Origin: Macrostomum lignano
Taxonomy: Eukaryota
NCBI GenBank assembly: GCA_002269645.1
Contig: NIVC01004603.1
Span: 1-40,795, forward strand
Direction: 5' to 3'
DNA length: 40,795 nt
A model generated the notes under the pieces. It was not told where the DNA came from and searched no databases. It saw nothing but the letters and a program-made list of their open reading frames with translations. This document shows, one piece after another, positions 34,156 through 40,795 of the stretch (within the stretch, counting starts at the first letter, position 1; each line of letters begins with the position of its first letter). Both the position numbers and the translations under genes were made by a program.

Positions 34156-36189
34156 TACTAACTGGCAGGCAGTAGGCAGGCCATAGGCCTTAAGTAAACT
34201 GCATTATTTGAGTCTAGAATAGGCCTATTTGACATTATTTAGGCCTAGGTATAGGGACCTATGATTTCATTTTACCTAGTTAGAGCCTAGTGCCTGAAGA
34301 CGAAGTATAGTAAGCCCATTTTTTTAGTCACCACACCAGTGCCAACAATAGTAGGGCCTAGGCCTACTTTGATGTTTGATCACTTGATGCTGATGGGAAT
34401 AAACCTAGCTTAAATTAACCTAAATTAAAATTAAATTAAATTTTCATAATGTGTAGGCCTAATGGTGTCACAAAGTTTAAGATAGAAGCCTAGAACTTAA
34501 AAGGCTCACCTCAAATTCAAAAATTGTTTTTTGTTGCAAATTTTGTGTCCAAATAGTGTGTCATAGGGCTTACTTCTGTCCTCTGGACCTCTGAATTCCA
34601 CCAAGTTGTGCTAAGCTTAACTAACTTCTGTCTTAATGCTTTTAACTGTTTCCTAGAATTTCATTTGATATATCTGGTAGCATCTTATGTATAGTTCTAG
34701 TAGTGTCTTATGTATGGCCTGAGCAGTCTAATACTGGTAATGGTACATGAGTTAGTCCAATTGGGCGTTACCAGGACTAGAGAGTCATGCCCATGGTGCC
34801 TTTCTTAATCTTAGTATGTTTCTACAAATTATTTCCCAATTCCTTCTCTTAGCAAATTTCTTAGCACTGTTCTTAGCCTTTTTTAAATGAATAAATCTTT
34901 GTATTGTACTTGAAAGACTTTAAAAGTTTATAGATTGAATTGCTTTTATTGCTTGCAATAGTTGCTCATGGATTAGATACCAGACAATTGAGTTTACTTG
35001 GCTGCAAAATTGCTCCTAGCCTATTTATACATCAAATTTCTTAATAAATTATAACAAAAATTGGCGATTTTCCTCTTTCGTTCTTTAAATTATTTTTTCG
35101 ACAGAAACAAGTTGTGACTACTGAGTAATGTCAGAAAACGACAGTAATGGGATGCTGGGACTTAAATTTTTCTCGGAAAGTTGGATGGAGTTGATGCAGT
35201 CTCTAGGCGTCTGGGTGATGTTGGCCAGCTTGCGCATCATAAAGTTTATGTCGCACAGCTCCAGCGAGGGACGCAGTTGTCCAGGAGGGACGATGAATGT
35301 AGGTGCCGCTGGGCGCCCAGCCATGTTGCAGTTCGAGTAAAATTTAATAAAATTTAACAAGTGAGGACTCAATGCGATAAGTCAAAGCTCATGCGAGAGT
35401 GGGAAGGGGAGCAAGGAGCGAGTGCAAGCTGCTGCCTATACTCCGCCACGAACCGAGTAGGTGAGTAGTGCCATAGACATGTGTCAGCAGCAACCCCATG
35501 TCCTTTCCACTACTGCCACATCATTTTTTCAATAGGCACAATTTCAAATGCTGCCACGTCACTTTTTTGCGTCTACGCACCGATTCAAATCGAAAAAATA
35601 ATTTAACGAACGAAAGAGGAAAATTGCCCAAAAATTATTTTCCCAATTTATTTTGTGCAGTAAAACAAAAATACATGGTGCATTAAAACAAAATATTTAT
35701 TCTCTTCTAATGCATAGCCTACAAATTCTGTTTCTAAGAAATCATACATTATTGCTTTGATCCTGTTAATTATCATTATTCTCTAATTGGATAGGCAACA
35801 TAGCCATAGGCCTAATATTATATTATAGAAGTATTTAACTTTCTAATATTTAATAAAAAAACTCACTATTAAATTTATCTTTAAATTTGCTTTAAATTTC
35901 TTAGGCCATTAGGGCTTAATATTAATATTAATGAGAAGTTAAGAACCGTATTATAGATTAAAAAAATAGTAAAATTTTATTAATAATACAGCTATGAGAA
36001 TCTATAGAATATGATAGCAATTATCATATTTCCATAGTCATAACCATAAGAGCAGCTACCTATCATAGGCATATCTGTAATTGCCATAGGCACCTATTTT
36101 ACCATATTTGCCATAGGATCCTATAGCTGTAGCCATAGCTATAGTGGAACACTACTTCCTCTTTTTCACATTGCATTTCTCTCTAAATA

Positions 36190-36620
36190 GACATTTGCCA
36201 TGGCTCTTCATTCCTTTCCTCAATTGATATAATATTTGAGCTTTCTTCACTTGATCATCTCTATAGATTCTAGTTCCTTTCCAATTACCTCCTTATCTTT
36301 TTTCTCAAAATTCAAGCATTTGTCTTTTTCTCTTTCCATGAAATCCTTAGCATTCTTTTGTAACAGTTTCAAATGCTTTGAGTGTCCATAATTTTCTTCT
36401 CTATAGTCCAGCTCTTGCACCCATACATGTAGAGCAATGTTGCCCATGGGACCGAATTTGAGATCTTGAGGCGATTCTTCAAACTGACTCCTTTGAGCCA
36501 CCAAGGTTCATCAAGCCTTATTGTTGAGCTGGTTGCAATACCAATTTGGATTCTGATCTCTTCCTCCACCTTTCTTTACCATGATGGTTGCCCCCAGATA
36601 TTTAAACTTCTTCACCATTC
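36190..36620 (-). mobile_element. Degenerate RTE-clade LINE fragment (post-RT region)
   Basis: Across frames: FKYLG...EEEIRIQIGIATS...GVSLKNRLKI...LLY.YGCKSWT...AFE...RMLRISWKEKKTN...RKLK, typical of RTE ORF2. Confidence 0.75.
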
Positions 36621-36707
36621 CATGTCACCACTGTCCTGCTCTTTCTTTGCTGACTTCCACGCCACTCCATAGGCATACTTGGGCGCAACCTAGGGAATCA
36701 CCCCACT

Positions 36708-36813
36708 GTTTCTATTGGCAACACACACATGTAAGTCGCTATTGGACAGAATAGTAGTCACGTGACTGCTCTCAGCCAATAGCGACTTACATGAGTGTGT
36801 TGCCAATAGAAAC
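36708..36813. promoter_or_regulatory. ~106-bp palindrome with a central GTCACGTGAC and four CCAAT boxes
   Basis: Arm GTTTCTATTGGCAACACACACATGTAAGTCGCTATTGG versus the reverse complement of the right arm shows about one mismatch over ~38 bp. Lies ~160 bp upstream of the ANKRD54-like ATG. Confidence 0.6.
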
Positions 36814-36975
36814 GGCCTGGTGATTCCGAAGGTTGCGCGTGTATGTGACCATAGGTCTGTTTAAAATAATTGCAAGTGTCAGTGAACTTCGCCCATTCGT
36901 CTGACCGATCGCTTTGTTTTAAAAAAATTGATGGTATTTCGCTCTCCAGCCCACACAGCTTCACCCTCGGCAGTG

Positions 36976-37800
36976 ATGGCCGCTGCCACCAGCGCCAGCG
37001 TCCTTGGCGAATCGCCTCCGGTCACGCCGCCGCCTCCGCCGCTGTTGCCGCAGGCGCCGCCATTGGCGCTAACTGTGCCGGACGAGTTCCGGCGCGGTTT
37101 CGGCGTCTTCCAGCAGCGCCACCTGCTTGGCAAGGCGGCGTCGGCACCGTCGTCAGCGGCGGACAGAGGCGGCGCCCGGATCGGCCCGAGGCGCGCCCGG
37201 TTCCGCGCCCGCCTGGGCCAGGAGCTCATCGAGGCCGTCAATCGGCGCCACTCAACGGCGCGTGTTCGGCGCCTACTCGAAGCCGGGGCGCCGCCGAATG
37301 TTGCGGATAAAAAAGGTCGAACACCGTTGCACATCGCCTCGGCTAGGGGCGACAGTGAGTTAGTGGACTGTCTGCTCGCCTGCGGTGCCGATCCCAGCCG
37401 AGTGGACTGCGTTGGCAACACGCCAGCCAGGCTGGCGGCCGTCACAGGCCGGCTGGACCTCGTCGGCCGCTACCTGGCCGCCGGCGCCACCCAAGCGGAC
37501 CTGGGCCGCAGTCCCGTGGCTCTGGCCAGGGACGGCCTGGCCCGGGCTAAGCGAGCTTTCACCCTGTCCGGAGACACCGCCTCGCTGCTGCAGGCCTACA
37601 GGGACGCCCGGTCGCTGCTGCGCACCTGCCTGACAATCCAGGAGCGACAGTCGCCGCCGACGCCTCCACGGCGAGTGGCTTCTGCGTCGGCCCCAGAAAC
37701 CCCAACTGCCGCGCCGGCAGCTTCGTCGACTGAACCGGCCGACGCTGAGGCTGAAGAAGTAGACAGCCTGCTGCTGCGGCTGGAGGGTGTTCGATTCTGA
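36976..37800 (+). CDS. ANKRD54: Ankyrin-repeat protein, ANKRD54-like, 274 aa, intronless
   Basis: LLEAGAPPNVADKKGRTPLHIASARG, GADPSRVDCVGNTPARLAA, GRSPVALAR and C-terminal EVDSLLLRL resemble ANKRD54 as I recall it (GADPCAADDKGRTALHFAS...EVTDLLASF). Confidence 0.75.
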   Translation: MAAATSASVLGESPPVTPPPPPLLPQAPPLALTVPDEFRRGFGVFQQRHLLGKAASAPSSAADRGGARIGPRRARFRARLGQELIEAVNRRHSTARVRRLLEAGAPPNVADKKGRTPLHIASARGDSELVDCLLACGADPSRVDCVGNTPARLAAVTGRLDLVGRYLAAGATQADLGRSPVALARDGLARAKRAFTLSGDTASLLQAYRDARSLLRTCLTIQERQSPPTPPRRVASASAPETPTAAPAASSTEPADAEAEEVDSLLLRLEGVRF

Positions 37801-37939
37801 TTGGCTGCTCAACAAACTAGCTTTGGCACTCTGTGCGCTCAGACAATCTGTCCGAGGTCTGGTTAGTCACTGAAGAGGGTAGCCGGTCTCTTGCGTGGCT
37901 GGAAAGTCACTGAAGAGTTTATCTAGTCTGTGATGTAGA

Positions 37940-38113
37940 GAGAGAAAGTCACTGAGTCGGTTAGAAAGTCACTGAGTCGGGTAGAAAGTCACTGAGTCCG
38001 GTAGAAAGTCACTGAGTCGGGTAGAAAGTCACTGAGTCGGTAGAAAGTCACTGAGTCGGGTAGAAAGTCACTGAGTCGGGTAGAAAGTCACTGAGTCGGG
38101 TAGAAAGTCACTG
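37940..38113. repeat. Minisatellite, 20-bp unit GTAGAAAGTCACTGAGTCGG
   Basis: About 9 visible tandem copies. Confidence 0.95.
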
Positions 38114-38609
38114 GTTTGGGTATACAATCACTGGATTTATTATTAGAAAGTCACGGAAGCAGCGACACTGAATTAATAATATCTCTTCATTCAACTCTTC
38201 CCTACGGAGTTCTTGTTGATCAAATTAAAGCTTACTAATCTCGTTTTGTGTTAAAACTTCTGTAAAATATTTACAACTTATAGATAATAACAATACTTGA
38301 CTAAATTTTGTAACTTGTTGTCTCCATAGATACTAGATTTAGTTTATTCACTTAAATAACCCCCTTTTCTCATGGCATTTATCTGTGTTGTGTTTTTTGC
38401 GGCTTAAAATTGAAATTTGCTAGCCTGTGTTAGTATTCTGTATGCTGGAGAACTGCATGGGCAGTTTAGCTGTAAATATGAACCAGTTTTGACAATATTA
38501 ATAACAAATATATCTAATCACGTTCTTATCACATTATTGTATCAGATCAGGCTTGTTATCTTCAGAAACTTTTGTTGAGCTAGTTAAAGGGCGATTCTGT
38601 ATTGGTTGT

Positions 38610-39662
38610 CTGGGAGATTCCCTATAGAGTTTTGTAGCAGATTCCCCATAGGGTTGTGAGGGAGATTCCCTGTATGGTTGTGAGGGAGATTCCCTGTATG
38701 GTTGTGAGGGAGATTCCCCATAGGGTTGTGATGGAGATTCCCTGTAGGGTTGTGATGGAGATTCCCTGTATGGTTGTGAGGGAGATTCCCTGTATGGTTG
38801 TGAGGGAGATTCCCCATAGGGTTGTGAGGGAGATTCCCCATAGGGTTTTGTGGGAAATTTTCCATAGGGTTTTGTGGGAGATTCCCCATAGGGTTGTGAT
38901 GGAGATTCCCCTAGTGTTGTGATGGAGATTCCCCTAGGGTTGTGATGGAGATTCCCCTAGGGTTGTGATGGAGATTCCCCTAGGGTTGTGATGGAGATTC
39001 CCCATAGGGTTGTGATGGAGATTCCCATAGGGTTGTGATGGAGATTCCCATAGGGTTGTGAGGAGATTCCCTGTAGGGTTGTGAGGGAGATTCCCTGTAT
39101 GGTTGTGAGGAGATTCCCCTAGGGTTGTGATGGAGATTCCCCATAGGGTTGTGATGGAGATTCCCCATAGGGTTGTGAGGAGATTCCCATGGTTGTGATG
39201 GAGATTCCCCTAGGGTTGTGATGGAGATTCCCCATAGGGTTGTGATGGAGATTCCCCATAGGGTTGTGATGGAGATTCCCCATAGGGTTGTGATGGAGAT
39301 TCCCCTAGGGTTGTGATGGAGATTCCCCATAGGGTTGTGATGGAGATTCCCATAGGGTTGTGATGGAGATTCCCCGTAGGGTTGTGAGGGAGATTCCCTA
39401 GGGTTGTGATGGAGATTCCCCAGGGTTGTGATGGAGATTCCCATAGGGTTGTGATGGAGATTCCCCATAGGGTTGTGATGGATATTCCCCATAGGGTTGT
39501 GATGGAGATTCCCATAGGGTTGTGATGGATATTCCCCATAGGGTTGTGATGGAGATTCCCCATAGGGTTGTGATGGATATTCCCCATAGGGTTGTGATGG
39601 AGATTCCCCATAGGGTTGTGATGGATATTCCCCATAGGGTTGTGATGGAGATTCCCCCTAGG
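38610..39662. repeat. Minisatellite, 22-24-bp unit AGGGTTGTGATGGAGATTCCCCAT
   Basis: Visible tandem array. The overlapping ORFs are repeat artefacts. Confidence 0.97.
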
Positions 39663-39735
39663 GCTATACCGCGCCATTGGCTATATACCGTAGATGCCTA
39701 CTTTCAGTAGTTTACTTACCGAAAGTCTTTAATGC

Positions 39736-40222
39736 ATGCAGCGGCAACGGCGCCTTCAGGCAACCGCATCGGCCGCTGACGCCGTCGGGCGCGTCGACGA
39801 ATTCGACAGTCCGTTCGGGCCGCCAGTGGTGCACAACAGCAAGGAGGCCTCGCCAATGCCAGCTGTGGACTCTGCTGCCCAGCCAGCTGCTGATGAGGCA
39901 GCATCGCCAGACTGGGCCAGCCGCTGCTGTGGCGGCGACCGACCGACAACTCGCCGGCTGCTGGTGTCGCTGGCGCTCGGCCAGCTGCTGTCGCTGTTCA
40001 TCTGCGGCACGCAGTAACATCCGGCTATTTGCAACGGTTCGGCGTGAACGCGCCGACTTCTCAGTGCTTTCTTAACTACCTGCTGCTGGCCTTACCTTTG
40101 GCTCCGTGGCGTTCTACCGGCTCGGCCGGGCCGCCAGCCTGCGCGCCGCCGCTCGACGCCTCTGGTGGAGATACCTGCTGGCCGCTCTGATGGACGTTGA
40201 GGCCAACTTTCTTGTGGTTAAG
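39736..40222 (+). CDS. SLC35F2: SLC35F1/F2-like transporter, first coding exon, with two apparent 1-bp deletions (~40011, ~40091)
   Basis: LVSLALGQLLSLFICGT/AVTSGYLQRFGVNAPTSQCFLNYLLLA/LTFGSVAFYRLGRAASLRAAARRLWWRYLLAALMDVEANFLVVK|gtgagc matches the SLC35F pattern [20 protein letters not shown]...WWKY...DVEANY. Confidence 0.85.
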
Positions 40223-40367
40223 GTGAGCCTTGCTCGTCACACTTCCGGTTACATGTGCCTCGCTTCCAAAGTAAAGTAAAGGGTTTCCTTTGTTTCACTT
40301 TAGCCGTAGGTTACCTAAGATTTTACTTGCCAGCACCCCACTTTCGAATGCCTAACACCACCGGTTG

Positions 40368-40795
40368 TCTCACACTCCACCTCCGGTTGCCCCCACTCCA
40401 CCTCCGGTTGCCCCACACTCCACCTCCGGTTGCCTCACACTCCACCTCCGGTTGCCTCACACTCCACCTCCGGTTGCCCCACACACCACCTCCGGTTGCC
40501 TCACACTCTACTTCGGTTGCCCCACACACCACCTCCGGTTGCCCCACACTCCACTTCCGGTTGCCTCACACTCACTTCCGGTTGCCCCACACTACTCCGG
40601 TTGCCCACCACCACCTCCGGTTGCCCCACACTCCACCTCCGGTTGCCCCACACTCCATTCCCGTTGCCCCACACTCCACTTCCTGGTTGCCTCACACACT
40701 CCACACATTTGTCTTCACTTCCGGTTTGCCCCACACTCCACTTCCGGTTGCCCTCACATCCCCTCCTGGTTGCTTCACGTTATACTTCCGGTTGC
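40368..40795. repeat. Intronic minisatellite, 21-22-bp unit CTCCACCTCCGGTTGCCCCACA
   Basis: Visible tandem array running to the window end. Confidence 0.95.

Noticed and set aside
38584-39710. His/Asn/Pro-rich ORFs (GNLHHNPM)
   Set aside because: Minisatellite translation with frequent 1-bp unit variation.

Overview
Eukaryotic (animal) genomic DNA, not prokaryotic: it has spliceosomal GT-AG introns, GC-rich exons in AT-rich spacers, many minisatellites and DNA transposons. The style resembles the flatworm Macrostomum lignano, but that is an unverified impression. Genes I could reconstruct by hand: a frameshifted secreted helical protein (1040-1653), a 2-exon secreted WSC protein, an RS-rich NHL-like beta-propeller protein, cyclophilin B (2 exons), ENY2/Sus1, an ANKRD54-like protein and exon 1 of an SLC35F transporter. 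The main result is a multi-exon gene (22397-29764) whose eight visible exons splice in frame into one ~1047-aa ankyrin-repeat + Ser/Thr kinase + caspase polypeptide. Its last intron holds an apparently intact 2970-bp Chapaev/RAG1-like transposon with 122-bp TIRs, a TTTG target-site duplication and a 686-aa transposase. Also present are hAT-type MITEs (one with a 2.5-kb internal minisatellite), Gypsy, MULE and RTE remnants, six tandem arrays, sharply bounded CpG-depleted blocks and a ~106-bp palindrome upstream of ANKRD54. All splice models were inferred by eye and need transcript confirmation. Isolated single-base frameshifts in three genes may be assembly errors.
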